Shown here in pieces: positions 1 through 14,182 of a stretch of DNA of 64,000 nucleotides (position 1 is its first letter; each line of letters opens with the position of its first letter). Source of the DNA: Eledone cirrhosa (taxonomy: Eukaryota). The notes beneath the pieces were generated by a model, which saw only the letters and a program-made list of their open reading frames with translations, made no database searches and had not been told where the DNA came from. A program made the position numbers and the translations under genes. The stretch is from the NCBI GenBank assembly GCA_964016885.1, contig OZ024748.1:21204001-21268000 (forward strand). Reading direction: 5' to 3'.

Positions 1-292
1 AAATAGCCGAGTGAATGGGCCTTCTCTGTATATAAACTGTAGGTTGAGGAAGATAAACAGAGGGAAGACAGGAACACCTACAAAAACCGTGTTCCTGCTG
101 TTGAGGGTTGTTCTATCCACGGGGTGTAAAACAACCCTGCAGTAACGTTCCCCCTTACTGGGATTTCAATTGTTATTTTATTATATATAGTTTATTGTTA
201 TTTATTAATGTTAAAGCTATTTTTATGTAAAACCCCGCCGTCACGTCTTGTAATGTCCCATTTTTGTACGCCCCTGTGGCAAATAAAGAAAG

Positions 293-294
<2 letters not shown>
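1..294 (+). mobile_element. 3' end of an L1/Tx1-like LINE
   Basis: Similar to 47779-48080 and to the reverse complement of 61324-61620, which adjoins a zinc-knuckle ORF2 remnant. Ends CCCCTGTGGCAAATAAAGAAA, followed by a microsatellite tail. Confidence 0.65.
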
Positions 295-335
<41 letters not shown>

Positions 336-340
<5 letters not shown>

Positions 341-915
341 CATTATCGGAGAAAGCTAATAGCGATACTCCGGCCAAATCCCAACTCACTCAACAAACAT
401 TAGAAAATAAGTGAGTATATTCCTAATTAAACGTTCGGGGTGCTAACTAATTGTATTGTGTGGAAAATTGGCTGTACTATTCATATGAGATATATCAAAT
501 ATATCTCTTCCCAGACGGACGTCTCGTTTCATTATAAGATTCCTACAAGTTAGGTGAAATTATACCAATTTATGTAGAAGCTTGTATAAGATCAACAGAT
601 ACTTATTCAAGTGGGCTCTTATAATTCTTCAGTGGCTGCCCAATAATATTAATATTGATAATCAAATCAACATCAATATTTAGCGATAATCACCATCAGT
701 GCTTGAGGTAGCTGTCAGGTTGCTAGTCCAGCAGTTCTAAAGAAATTCTCATATTGTCTCAAAAAAAGAGGAAGGAGAATTACCGCCAAAAAACAATACA
801 TGCGCAGGACAATGAATTCTAAAAGGAATTCAAGCCACGTGCTAGAACTCAATTGGAATTTGAAAAAATATCCATATGTGTACATCGTCTGATGACACAC
901 AGATATTTTCTCGGG

Positions 916-917
<2 letters not shown>
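336..917 (-). mobile_element. (TA)n-embedded Penelope-like terminus, family A
   Basis: Flanked by (TA)n on both sides and contains an HHR fold. A diverged copy of its 3' part lies at 43712-43886 (+). Confidence 0.6.
511..635 (-). ncRNA. Type I hammerhead ribozyme with a large stem II loop
   Basis: Minus strand reads CCA-CTGAAGA-ATTATAAG...(~80 nt)...CTTATAAT-GAA-ACG-aGACGTC-CGT-C-TGG. This gives stem I 3 bp, stem II 8 bp, a palindromic stem III loop and a GUC site. Confidence 0.65.
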
Positions 918-946
<29 letters not shown>

Positions 947-1352
947 CGATATTAAATAAATGGAAACTATATTTATAAAACCATATCTATTTCATTATAT
1001 ATATTTCAGGGATATCATAATTAACAATATGTTATGCCTTCTTCAGACAAAATACAATATAGACAGTTTTATAGATAAATAGATTTGACATACCGTTCAA
1101 CATCGACTTGTATTGAAAAAGTTGCAAATCTATTTATCTATAAAACTGTCTATATTGTATTTTGTCTGAAGAAGACATAACAATTGTTAATATGATATCC
1201 CTGAAATATATATAATGAAATAGATATGGTTTTATAAATATAGTTTCCATTTATTTAATATCGTAAATATACTCCAAATACTTGTTGAGTGCTTTTATAT
1301 CAGTTATAAATATTTACTAGTTGTAACCCAACAATTTTAAATATAACTTTCC
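947..1352 (+). mobile_element. Palindromic (TA)n-embedded HHR element, family B
   Basis: Inverted arms at ~947-1087 and ~1125-1263, unique tail 1264-1352, (TA)n flanks. HHR core CTGAAGA (1166) ... GAAA (1203). Confidence 0.75.
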
Positions 1353-1781
1353 ATATATATATATATATATATTTTATATTATATATATATACATATATAT
1401 ATATACATATATATATATATTTATACATATATATTTTATTACTTTAATATAATTTATATTATGTTTTAACATTTGCCTGTATTTCCTTATGTACTTTTTA
1501 TATATTTTTATGTATTTTTTATGTATTTATTATGTACTTTTTAATGCTTTCATACTTTTTGATTTTAAATTCTACATTTTTGAGTGCCATCTACTGTGTC
1601 TTCATATTATTGAATCCAATTGTACCTTGGTATTTTGAAGTGATTCTTAGTAACCCCAGCATGAACCTCTTTGTTAGCTATCTCCAATCTCGCTATTATT
1701 TTTCCTATTATTTTTTCTGTTTTTTCTGATTGTTCGTGTGTCTAAGTTATTGTGGAGCTTATGCTCAATACGGTATTTGTT

Positions 1782-1835
1782 GAGCTCTGATGATTCCTAC
1801 CTAAAGGTGGGGATGAAACATTGTTAGTGAATAAA
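1782..1835 (+). ncRNA. Minimal hammerhead-like motif plus AATAAA (Penelope-like 3' end, family C)
   Basis: GCT-CTGATGA-tTCCTACC-TAAA-GGTGGGAt-GAA-ACA-T-TGT-T-AGT, then AATAAA. A (TA)n tract starts ~40 nt later. Confidence 0.6.
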
Positions 1836-1871
1836 GACTGTTTGAGTATGTAAGCGTTCTTTGGTTTCTTT

Positions 1872-1901
<30 letters not shown>

Positions 1902-1906
<5 letters not shown>

Positions 1907-2520
1907 ATACTTTGGGAGGGTCATGTTGCCAATAAGAAACACACGCACCAGTTGCTTTCACTTCAATTATTATATATTTATAAATTCATAAATTTACAAA
2001 TCTACAAACTTATAAATTATAAATTTCTGGTTAGTTGGTTGGTTCCACAACCAGATAGTTGTTTATATATATAGTCATAGTCCTTTCGTCACACACTCTG
2101 TGACCTCTTCAGTGACTGGGGATTCGTTTCTTCGTTTCTGTGCCTTTTCTTTCTTCTATCCTACGCCATTTTGTTTCTGTGTGTGTGTTGTGTGATGGCG
2201 TAGGATAGAAGAAAGAAAAGGCACAGAAACGAAGAAAGGAATCCCCAGTCACTGAAGAGGTCACAGAGTGTGTGACGAAAGGACTATGACTATATATATA
2301 AACAACTATCTGGTTGTGGAACCAACCAACCAACCAGAAATTTATAATTTATAAGTTTGTAGATTTGTAAATTTATGAATTTATAAATATATAATAAATT
2401 GAAGTGAAAGCAACTGGTGCGTGTGTTTCTTATTGGCAACATGACCCTCCCAAAGTATAACAATATCGGTTTCAACACACGATTTCAGATAAAGAATCTT
2501 GCTAAACAAATTCAGAAACG

Positions 2521-2522
<2 letters not shown>
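1902..2522 (+). mobile_element. Palindromic (TA)n-embedded HHR element, family D
   Basis: Arms at ~1901-2168 and ~2196-2465, tail to 2522, (TA)n flanks. An internally deleted copy lies at 57022-57261. Confidence 0.8.
2247..2291 (+). ncRNA. Minimal type I hammerhead ribozyme (mirror copy 2073-2117, minus strand)
   Basis: AGTCA-CTGAAGA-g-GTCACA-gagtg-TGTGAC-GAA-AG-ga-CT-A-TGACT. Confidence 0.7.
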
Positions 2523-2600
<78 letters not shown>

Positions 2601-3077
2601 TTCGTTCCTAAAATTGTAAGGGATATTAGACACCTCTCTTTGTCTGTCATGACTTACTAGTTCTATATGGACGTTTAAATTGATTATATATATATAGATA
2701 AATAAATGCTATTAAATGTAAGAATACATTTTTATACGTCTGTTGGTCTAGGTTAATATGTTACATATTTTGCTGCTATAACTGTTTTGTTACTATGCAC
2801 TGTTATTACTACATCTATTAGTTTTATTTTTCATTTATTTCTTCACTCTTTTATTTATTTATTCATTTATGTCAGTTCCATGTTTTTCTCATTATTTTGG
2901 TCTAAAACTAATTTCCATTTGGTTATCGTCTGTTGATCCGTTTTATCCAAGGTTAATCCACTTAAAAAACAAAAATATTTCTTCGTTCCCCATCACTCCA
3001 CTCTGTTATTAAAACTTAACTTATTACGGTTATAAAAATTACATTTTTTATGGTGTTCCATGCCTCCTACTTTTGTG

Positions 3078-3790
3078 AAGGCGTGTGGCTGATTGGTTAG
3101 AGAACTGGATTCGCAATCGTGTGGTTGTTAGTTCGATTCCTGGATCGGGCGATGCGTTATGTCCTTGAGCAAGACGATTTATTTCATGTTACTCTTTCTA
3201 CCCGGAGTATTGGAAAGACCAACCGAAACATTGTTTCCTGGGTCCGATTTGACGAAAGTCGATCGACAATTTTTTTTTTTATGCCTCCCAAGAGATGTGT
3301 GGCTTAGTAGTTAGGGTGTTTGGTTGACAATCGTAAAATCATGACTTAGATTTCCTGTAGTGCGTTGTGTACTTGAGCAAGACATTTCATTTCATGTTGC
3401 TCCAGTTCACACAAGCTCGCAAAAACATTTGCACTTATAATTCAAGGGGGCAACCTTTTCACACGCTGTGCCACACTGAATCTCCCTAATAACTAACTCA
3501 TGGATACATATACACATTAATTTCACGAGCAAGCTGTTCTGTTGATAGACCTGCCAACCTCTAAAAAACCCAAGTGGAGAGTACCATGGAAAAAAATGCC
3601 CTAAAACGGGGAAAAATGAGGCAAAATGAGGAGATTTTACATAATGAAAGCTATACCCATTTTCACAAGAGAAGACATCTCTCAACCACCCTAAAGTGCG
3701 TGAGAGATCTCCCCATCGGACGGGGAGAGTTGACAAATCTGCGTTGATCAAACCAACGGGAATAGTCTTCGTCGGAACCGACCGAGGTCT
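3078..3790 (+). mobile_element. Degenerate tRNA-derived SINE copies
   Basis: A/B-box-like heads (TGGCTGATTGG...GTTCGATTCC; TGGCTTAGTAG) and a shared CTTGAGCAAGAC body. Related sequence lies at 11715-12330. Confidence 0.55.
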
Positions 3791-4004
3791 AAAGATATTA
3801 CTCTAAACTGTTGATACTTTACATTGAACACAATCGAAATAAGACAGTACATATTATTTCAAAATATTTCAAATCGTATTAAGTAGATTTCATGTGTGGC
3901 TCTGCATATTTTAGTCAACAAAGTTTTACTAAATTTGTCGGGTTTTTATTTTGTTTTATATTCTATGGTGGTTCCTTTCTGAGAAACTTCATAATATTTA
4001 ATAG

Positions 4005-4061
<57 letters not shown>

Positions 4062-4209
4062 ATCTATCTATCTATCTAACTATCTATCTATCTACCTCTA
4101 TCTCTCACTTTCACTCTCTTTCTCTCTCTCTTTCTTTCTCCCTCTCATTCTCTTTCTTTCTCTCTCTCTTTATCTATCCATCTCTCTCTCTCTTTCTATC
4201 TCTCCCTCA

Positions 4210-4241
<32 letters not shown>

Positions 4242-4254
4242 CTCTCTTTCTCTT

Positions 4255-4313
<59 letters not shown>

Positions 4314-4387
4314 TTCCCTCATTCTCACTTCCTTACATCCTCACTGTTTGTCTCTCTCTCACACACACCCTATATATAGAAAGAAAC

Positions 4388-4420
<33 letters not shown>

Positions 4421-4619
4421 AAGAGAGTGAGGGGGAAGGAAGAGAGAAAGAGATTGTGAGAAGAGTGAGAGAGAGAGACTCTCACAAAGACACCCTCTAC
4501 TGCAGTGGTCGCCAACCTTTCTAAAACCGAGGAACCCTCTAAATATTTTGAATTCTAGGAACCTATACAATACAAAACTTTTTTTTTTAAATAATAAAGT
4601 ATTTATTTATTTTAGTGTT

Positions 4620-6517
4620 TCATGCGTGTGTATGTAATCGAACACAATGGCTTTTCTGCTGCTGCGCCTCATCAGTGAGTTTAGAAAATCGAGGTTCAAC
4701 ACTAGTTAATGCCAGTCTCATACACTCGTCAATTGCTGACAGTTTATTCCTCTTCTTTGTGCAGATTTCCACCAACTGCGAAAACCCTTTTTCGCACAAA
4801 TAGCTAGATGGGAATAAAGTCAAATACTTCAATGCAAGTTGGCTGATTTCATTAAACTCCCCAATCAAGAATAAGTCGATCCATAGTTCTTTCTTTCTGC
4901 TTTCGAATCTTCGTTTGAATTCAAATCCATCAACTGATGTAAGCATTGGGCAGGTAGTAAATTTTTACAATTTCCAGCGTCATTTTCTGACACTAACTGC
5001 TCGATCTCGGTGAACGGGTTTTTTATCCATAAATTTCCGCTAACAATATCTTTTTCCATCAAAATAATCTGAAAAACCTGTGGAAAGCACATTTAAATGA
5101 GAAAGAATTATCTTCTTTAGATTGCTGGAGTCAAAATTTTCTCTCTTTTTAAGCTCTATTTCAAGGTTTGAAAGTAATTGTCCGATTCAATTCTTTTTAT
5201 AAAGATGTTTAATTTTGATTGAAAATATGTAATAAAATTGATTGAAGTAAAAATATCTGCATTGTTACCCTGAAGACACTTATTTAGTTTGTTCAGTTCA
5301 CCAAAAATGTCTACTAAATAAGCGAGTTGCACATTCCATTCATTGGTTTCTAATACACTTGCTCTTTCATCATTCTGTTTTTTTAGAAAAACTATTATTT
5401 CTTCTCTCAGTTCAAAAACTCTCTTCATAGCATCCCCAAAAGACAGCCAACGCACATCATTGTTCAATAACAATCTATTATAATTACTTCCAGAAGATTC
5501 ACAAATAGATTCAAACATTCTAGAATTTTTTGCTCTTGCATGGATCAAATTGATAATTTTGACAATGTCTTTCAGCTGGTCATTTAATATTTGAGCATCT
5601 CTGTCTTTGAATTTTTTTTAACACAAAACCTCTCGATGAATCATACAATGATTTGAAATACAATTTGGAGTCTGTTCTTTAATTTTTGCAATCAAACCAG
5701 AATTTTTACCAGTCATTGCGGCTGCTCCATCTGTTGTTATTGAAGTCAACTTGCTCCAAGATACACCATTTTTTTTTAAATACTCTTCAATTTTATTGAA
5801 TATATCTTGACCTTTAGTTGTGATGTCTAATACCAGACAAAACAAATACTCTTCTACTAATTCTTTTTTATCAAGGTCTACAAACCGTACATAGCAAATT
5901 AATTGAGCCTTGTTATTAATATCCGTAGTTTCGTCCACTTGCAGTCCAAAACATGGGCTTTTCTTTAGTGCAGTTAGTATCTGATTTTCTATATCAGAAG
6001 AAATATCAATTATCCCTCTTTTTACGGTATTTGCTGACAATGGTAACTGGCTTAATTTTTCTTTGTCCTTAATACTGCAGCTTTCAAAAAGATTCTCTGT
6101 AGCAATTTTTATACTTGGCAGAATTAACTGTTCTCCTAATGTAAATGGTTTCTTGTTTTTACCAATCAAATGTGAAATCTCAAAAGATGTTCTTGTTAAA
6201 GCTTTATTTCTATCTGACTTTTTACAAAACAAGTCATACATATTAGCTTGTGATTTTTTTATGTTGTTTTTCAGCAAAGTAAAGTATTCCAGTGACTTGT
6301 TTTTATCATTGGTGTGATTAGTATCAATGTGTCTTTTAAGTTTTGCAGGATTTAAACAGCTATTTGATAGAACTTTTGAACATAGCAAACACATGGGCTG
6401 ATCTGGTGTATCTTTTTTAGTGTCAGCTTTTTGAAATCCATATCTAACATAATCATCACACCACTGTCTAACCTTACTGCTGGTATCTAACTTCAGCTTC
6501 TTTGCAGTAGACATCAT
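4620..6517 (-). pseudogene. Frameshifted hAT transposase (ZBED5/SCAND3-like Buster family)
   Basis: BED finger (CLLC...LKRH...H), DETTD, TDGAAAM, HCMIH, RWLS and SYLCEKGFS motifs are split over four ORF pieces in different frames. Confidence 0.92.
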
Positions 6518-6728
6518 ATCAATGTTATTTATCTACAGTTAACATTTTTAATATGACATTAATAAACAAGAGAAATTAACAGTTTTTTTAATTACAAAAA
6601 GTTCTTAAATTAACTTTAATTTTAGATATTTGGAAAAACTTAACTAGTTAAAAAAAATTATAATTTTTAAAAATTGAAATTTCTCCATTTTAGGATGGCA
6701 AACATATTATTTAAAGTCTTATAATAAT

Positions 6729-6915
6729 TGTTTCTACTTTTGGCACAAGGCCATCAATTACCCAGTACATTACTGGTACTTTATTTTATCGACCCCGTAA
6801 GGATGAAAGGCAAAGTTAACCTCGGCGGGATTTGAACTCAGACTGTAAAGGGAGGACGTAACTATGCTGGAAAGCATGGCGTCCGACCCTCTACCGATAC
6901 TGCCAATCCACACGG
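6729..6915 (-). mobile_element. tRNA-derived SINE nested in the hAT element
   Basis: B-box GAGTTCAAATCC on the minus strand. TSD TTAAAGTCTTATAATAAT at 6711-6728 and 6916-6933. Same family as 7990-8175. Confidence 0.88.
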
Positions 6916-7989
6916 TTAAAGTCTTATAATAATATTAAAATATTAGGGGTTACTGAAAAAGGTGCAAATTTATGAACAACTAGAAGAAATTTTTTTCAGA
7001 GTCCTGCACTTCCTGCATATACTACTTTAGGGTCGTATTAAATATTATTGGAAATGTAAATATATTTCATCAAATGAATACATAATTGTGTGGCAAAGTT
7101 TCTAGTGTATGCATGGAATACAAAATTACCTTTGTTAGTAGTCAAAACTTTACAGGCGTTATATTTTCTGTGCAAAGTACAACAGAATGCAACGTGTTCT
7201 TATTTAGAATTGTCTGTGGAACTGGATGCATGTTGAAAACGACTAGTAAGCGAGTTCACTCAGTGAGGAAACTTTAGACGACTTTAAAGCTTTTGTGAGG
7301 GCAGCAGATTAAAACGTGTTCTCTATTGAAAACATTCTACTGAACTTACGTTGTGAGAACAGCGAACTGACCCTGCCTCTTGGCTGAGAGACCTCGCTGA
7401 ACTGAAGTTTTCAGTTTAAAGTTATGCTGTCATCGACCAACATTTACTTGTTCGTGATTGGTCAATTTCTAAGTTCAATTAGAGTATTATCAGTAGTAGT
7501 CAAATTCTCGGAATTCAGAAAACTATGTCTTTCCAAGAATTGATGTGAAATTGAAAGTATTCAATTTCCACGAATCTCAGAACAGTGTTTTTCTGCTAAT
7601 TCAAGTGGGAAACTGAAAGTAGTGTTTTCCACGAATTGGAGTGGAGAACATATGTACACTACAATAGTACTTGTTCATTTATACATTGCACCTTTGGCAT
7701 TTTCTTTGCACCTTTTTCAGAAAACCCAAAATATTAATGGTAATGTAAATATTTATTTTTTTAAGGAACCCGGAGTTTGTTTTACGGAACCCCAAGGTTC
7801 CGCGGAACCCATGTTGGCGACCACTGCTCTACTGCAATCTGTCAACATCCTGGCTATAAATTGTTCACATTCTTCTTTTGTGTCTGAAGGAAGAAGTATG
7901 GTTAAAACATTTTTGTTTGAATTTAACTTTCAATATCCCGATTTTACCTTCCTGTATACCGACTTTAATATCCATGCGTATTATTTAGA

Positions 7990-8175
7990 GGGGCGGTAGA
8001 TTGGAAGTATCGGTAGAGGGTCGGACGCCATGCTTTCCAACATAGTTACGTCCCTTTACGATCTGAGTTCAAATCCCGCCGAGGTTGACTTTGCCTTTCA
8101 TCCTTACGGGGTCGATAAAATAAAGTACCAGTAATGCACTGGGTAATTGCTGGTCTTGTGCCTAAAGTAGAAACA
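7990..8175 (+). mobile_element. tRNA-derived SINE
   Basis: A-box-like TGGAAGTATCGG, B-box GAGTTCAAATCC, TSD ATTATTTAGA. Confidence 0.88.
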
Positions 8176-8663
8176 ATTATTTAGATTAGCTTAGTGGAAG
8201 TGAACACTATTATAAAGATAATTGCTTCAATACTGTACGATTAGAGTATACCTGAGAGTATACCTTTATATGTTTACATATGCAATTTGTCTCAGCTGTT
8301 CCCTTTAAAATAATTGTTATTAATATTTTTTCATATTGATGGTAGATCTGTCGCGGTAATTAACGAAGGGATCTTCATATATTCAGATTGTGGTATTTCC
8401 TCTGTTAGATTTATCAATATAAAGAGTTAGTAGGCGTGTGAAGTATATCATACTCAGGCGTTATGTTTTACCTTGTTAGTGGATAATGATAAAATATATT
8501 TAATCTTGTGTTTATATCTTCTAGCCTCAAGTGCTTCCCTATAATAGGATTCAGTTTTGATAAGGAATTGAGTATTGGACAGCATATAACATATTCTTAT
8601 CCTGGTATTATTAATTAGGCTTGAAAACTAGGGACAGGTGGCAGACTGTATATATATATATAT

Positions 8664-9430
8664 AAATGAAATAACAGGAGGCTGGACTGGTGTAAATCCT
8701 TGAAAGGTTTATTATACTATGATCATTTCAATGACCGGGTTCCATATGAATCCGGTGATATCATCAGGTATTGGAATATAACAAAGGAATATGTAAAAAG
8801 CCATGGGTCCGAAAAAACACGGGTCCGAGAAACCAGAGATAAAGAGGGCGGCTGACCAACTAGCTTCACATCCAGCCGCCCTCAAAGTGTTGGCAACCGA
8901 AAACTACCAGTGAATATCTGGTAAGGGGGCGCAGGCCTATCATGTACTACCACCACTCCGTCAAAGAAGAGGGGAAGAAAGAAAGAAAGGGAGAAAGAAG
9001 TGTAGTGTAAGGGTGAAACTACATTTATGTTAGAAAATGCCGCGGTTGCCAACACTTTGAGGGCGGCTGGATGTGAAGCTAGTTGGTCAGCCGCCCTCTT
9101 TGTCTCTGGTTTCTCGGACCCGTGTTTTTTCGGACCCATGGCTTTTTACATATTCCTTTGTTATATTCCAATACCTGATGATATCACCGGATTCATATGG
9201 AACCCAGTCATTGAAATGATCATAGTATAATAAACCTTTCAAGGATTTACACCAGTCCAGCCTCCTGTTATTTCATTTATAATTAACTCCCTATTCGCAC
9301 CACCAACTACACAAACGAAGATGGGTGAACTGCATTGCGTTGAGTACTCTTCACAATATTACACCAGGATTGACCATACGGAATGACCAGTTCTATCCAG
9401 TGGTGAACCAACAAACCTTAAGAAATATTT
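8664..9430 (+). mobile_element. Palindromic (TA)n-embedded HHR element, family E
   Basis: Arms at ~8664-8899 and ~9043-9279, a ~140-nt spacer, a ~150-nt tail and (TA)n flanks. Confidence 0.8.
9171..9228 (+). ncRNA. Type I hammerhead ribozyme (mirror copy 8714-8771, minus strand)
   Basis: ATAC-CTGATGA-[imperfect stem II ACCGG..TTC atatg GAA..CCRGT]-GAA-ATGATCAT-A-GTAT, immediately followed by AATAAA. Confidence 0.7.
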
Positions 9431-9463
9431 ATATATATATATATATATATAAATATATATATA

Positions 9464-10096
<633 letters not shown>

Positions 10097-10216
10097 ATCT
10101 ATAAAGAGAGAAAGAAAGAGAGAGAGAAAGATATATATATATATATATGTGTGTCTCTGTGTGTGTGTTTATATGGTTGTTATTATACGTGTGTGTTTGT
10201 ATATATATATTATCTA

Positions 10217-10250
<34 letters not shown>

Positions 10251-10307
10251 CAGTGAATATATTATAGTCCATTATGTAAATGGACGTATCTAGAGATTAC
10301 TAGTACT

Positions 10308-10398
<91 letters not shown>

Positions 10399-10579
10399 GT
10401 CTATGCTCAAAATACGCGTACAAATATATAAATATATATATATACATACATATATATATATTTGTATATATATATATATACATATATATATAAATGTATA
10501 TATATATATATAATTATATATATATATATACATATATATATAAATGTATATATATATATATAATTATATATATATATAC

Positions 10580-10610
<31 letters not shown>

Positions 10611-10657
10611 CAAATATATATATATATGTATGTATATATTATATATATATATAATTG

Positions 10658-10698
<41 letters not shown>

Positions 10699-10758
10699 TC
10701 TTATGTTCAGACGTAAACAAATACATGCATATATAAATAAATAAATAAAAATTCCCAT

Positions 10759-10792
<34 letters not shown>

Positions 10793-10813
10793 TTATATGT
10801 ATATGTATGTATA

Positions 10814-10854
<41 letters not shown>

Positions 10855-10861
10855 ATGTATT

Positions 10862-10970
<109 letters not shown>

Positions 10971-11714
10971 ATTTATATGTATATGTATGTATATATTTAT
11001 ATATATATGTATATATATATATGTGTATATATTTATATGTGTATATATATATATGTGTATATATATAAAGCAACTCAACCTGGGAAATCTATCTTCCAGG
11101 GTCCATCCATAACGTCCATTAATAAAAAATCTGCAATTCTTGAAATAAAAAATAAAAATCGTATTTACGTCTTGTACAATGAAGACACTAGAGAACTATA
11201 TGACTATCTATCATATGGGATTTTAACTATTGATTTGTATCGATTCCTAGGGGAGGGCAGGCACAAGGCCTACACCTTTGTGATGGGGGACGAGTATAGT
11301 CGATTGATGAGTATCATAATGGACTTTAACCACGAAATTTCACTGCGATTAAACATTGCAGACTGAGAAGGTTTTCTTTTGTTGTTGTTTTTATGGTCTG
11401 TGTGGTTTCTTTTTGTTGTTTTTTTAACATGGTGGATATGATAGGCTGTTTGTCATGAGATTTAGAAAAAAAGGAAGACAAAATGTACCCATATATTGAT
11501 ATATCATTTATCTTCCTTCTGTCTTGATGATATATGTCTAGGGTAAAAGGAAAACCAAGGCATGTGGAAAGTTAGAATGTTATCAGTCTCTCACAGTTCT
11601 ATGTAGAAGAAACTTTAACTTTAGAGTCCTATAAATGGCTAATGCTTAGCAAGGGTGACGAAGCGTTCAAAGAATCTTTAGACGTTGATTAGGATTTATT
11701 GTTTTCTGTTGGTG

Positions 11715-12330
11715 AAGGGGTGGAGCTTAGTGGTTATGGTGATCGGCTCACGATTACACGGTCGTGAGTTCGATTCCTGGCGGCGTGTAGCGTCAGTAAG
11801 TAAGACACTATATTTCACCTTGCTTCAGTGAAATCGTAGAGATTCATAGCCTAGTGAGAAGAGTGTTGAACCTAAAGATCATAATGTTGTGGATTCGATT
11901 CCTAGACGGGGTTGTGTGTTGTGTTCTTGAATTAAACGTTGCTCCAATATACTCAGCTGAATATAAGTACCAGCAATACTTGGGGGAGTTAACCCTGCGA
12001 TGGACTGGCGTCCTGTCCAGGTGGAAGTTTTGTACTCTCAATTGTTTCACCCCACAGAAACCGAGATAAGCAATGACCTGATGAGTCTCCAGGCTCGCAA
12101 CAGGCTTTTGACCAATCAGATCAGATGGCAAGAGTCAGTTGTATTTCAATTCAAAATAGTCTCTCTTGGTACACATTGTTGTGTCATGCTGAGTTTACTC
12201 AATATCTATACTAACGGTTAACGTGTTAGCGGAATGCTCAGTCACTTGCACCTAAATTTCATGAGTAGCCTGTTCCGCTGTTCAAACAATTGTAGCATTC
12301 CTCATCGGAACCAACGGAGGTCCAGCGCAT
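11715..12330 (+). mobile_element. Degenerate tRNA-derived SINE copies
   Basis: GAGCTTAGTGG...GAGTTCGATTCC head, a second head near 11845-11905, and a body shared with 3295-3790. Confidence 0.55.
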
Positions 12331-12343
12331 ATAGACATGTATA

Positions 12344-12379
12344 ATGGCCATACTCGATAACGAGGGGGTCAGCCATCAT
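12344..12379 (+). mobile_element. Short 3'-terminal hairpin fragment of an RTE-like element with a (TATG)n tail
   Basis: ATGGCCATACTCGATAACGAGGGGGTCAGCCATC followed by (TATG)n. An inverted copy lies at 13337-13373. Similar to the ends of 48132-48585 and 52131-52683. Confidence 0.55.
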
Positions 12380-12432
12380 GTATGTATGTATGTATGTATG
12401 TATGTATGTATGTATGTATGTATGCATATATG

Positions 12433-12509
<77 letters not shown>

Positions 12510-12537
12510 AGAGGGAGAGAGAGAGATTGATAGATAG

Positions 12538-12574
<37 letters not shown>

Positions 12575-12575
12575 T

Positions 12576-12755
12576 GGCTTCTACAGGATTAGAACTGTTT
12601 CATTCGGGAGATATCATTAGTGCTTACTTATGATTTCTCCCGAATGAAACAGTTCTAGTCCTGTTGAAGCCATTTCTATATTAAATATTTATACTCTGCT
12701 TTGTATTGAGTACCTTACTTGTTGTTTTTACCCCTGATTGAACCCGGGATAACCT
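12576..12755 (+). mobile_element. Palindromic (TA)n-embedded element, family K (degenerate HHR)
   Basis: Short inverted arm plus tail. Same family as 40599-40748, 46258-46460 and 55902-56090. Confidence 0.72.
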
Positions 12756-12837
12756 TATATATATATATATATACATATATAATATATGTATATATATATA
12801 TATATATATAAAAATACATATATATATATATATAAAA

Positions 12838-13260
<423 letters not shown>

Positions 13261-13397
13261 ATAATATATATATATATACATACATACATACATACATACA
13301 TACATACATACATACATACATACATACATACATACATGATGATGGCTGCCCCCTCGTTATCGAGTATGGCCATTGCACAAGAAAAAAAAAAAAAAAA

Positions 13398-13467
<70 letters not shown>

Positions 13468-13472
13468 GGAAA

Positions 13473-13508
<36 letters not shown>

Positions 13509-13514
<6 letters not shown>

Positions 13515-14024
13515 AAGTTAAATAAAAGTCAAATGATTAAAATTTAGCTTCGTTTATTACTGCTATATATATTTCAGTGACAGCCATCTTTGGCTGTGAC
13601 CTCTTCAGGCAGTTTGAATTAGTATGGTATAGACAAGTACATATGTTGTTTAGGTGTATGATATTGTCAATACTCTGATATGCCCAGTTCCTTGTTGGTT
13701 TGTTAATTCACTGGGGTTCCCCAGTGAATTAACAACCCAACAAGGAACTGGGCATATCAGAGTATTGACAATATCATACACCTAAACAACATATGTACTT
13801 GTCTATACCATACTAATTCAAACTGCCTGAAGAGGTCACAGCCAAAGATGGCTGTCACTGAAATATATATAGCAGTAATAAACGAAGCTAAATTTTAATC
13901 ATTTGACTTTTATTTAACTTTATTTTACACTACTCCGGAGTAACCAAACCAACCTGCGCACTTCGTCGAGTGCTCCAGCCTGCATACTGAGGTGTTGGTA
14001 TACAACTAACATAAACTCAAAATC
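13509..14024 (+). mobile_element. Palindromic (TA)n-embedded HHR element, family G
   Basis: Near-perfect ~205-bp arms centred on GGGGTTCCCC (~13717), tail 13927-14024. A single-arm relative lies at 42984-43308. Confidence 0.82.
13822..13876 (+). ncRNA. Type I hammerhead ribozyme (mirror copy 13559-13613, minus strand)
   Basis: ACTGC-CTGAAGA-ggtc-ACAGCCA-aaga-TGGCTGT-cact-GAA-ATATATAT-A-GCAGT-AATAAA. Confidence 0.75.
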
Positions 14025-14056
<32 letters not shown>

Positions 14057-14142
14057 CACACACATACATATACATACATACATATACACACACACATACA
14101 TACACATACACTCACACATATATACACACATACATTAGTAAC

Positions 14143-14182
<40 letters not shown>

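Larger units (their letters stand above)
4503..7826 (-). mobile_element. hAT superfamily (Buster/Charlie-type) DNA transposon, full length
   Basis: Perfect 14-bp TIRs CAGTGGTCGCCAAC (4503-4516 and 7813-7826). 8-bp TSD CTCTACTG with central TA (4495-4502 and 7827-7834). Internal transposase remnant. Confidence 0.95.

Noticed and set aside
885-917. CTGATGA heptamer on the plus strand (also on the minus strand at ~23095)
   Set aside because: No stem II, GAAA or stem III follows.
947-2522. Reading the palindromes as MITEs with TA TSDs or as pre-miRNAs
   Set aside because: The arms are asymmetric with a one-sided tail, fold points vary between copies of a family, and HHR cores plus AATAAA are present. 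These features fit retroelement termini better.
8450-8650. Minus-strand peptide ...SNTQFLIKTESYYREALEA..., faintly similar to 41060-41110, as a possible PLE ORF remnant
   Set aside because: It is too short, interrupted and lacks diagnostic RT or GIY-YIG motifs. It needs a profile search.
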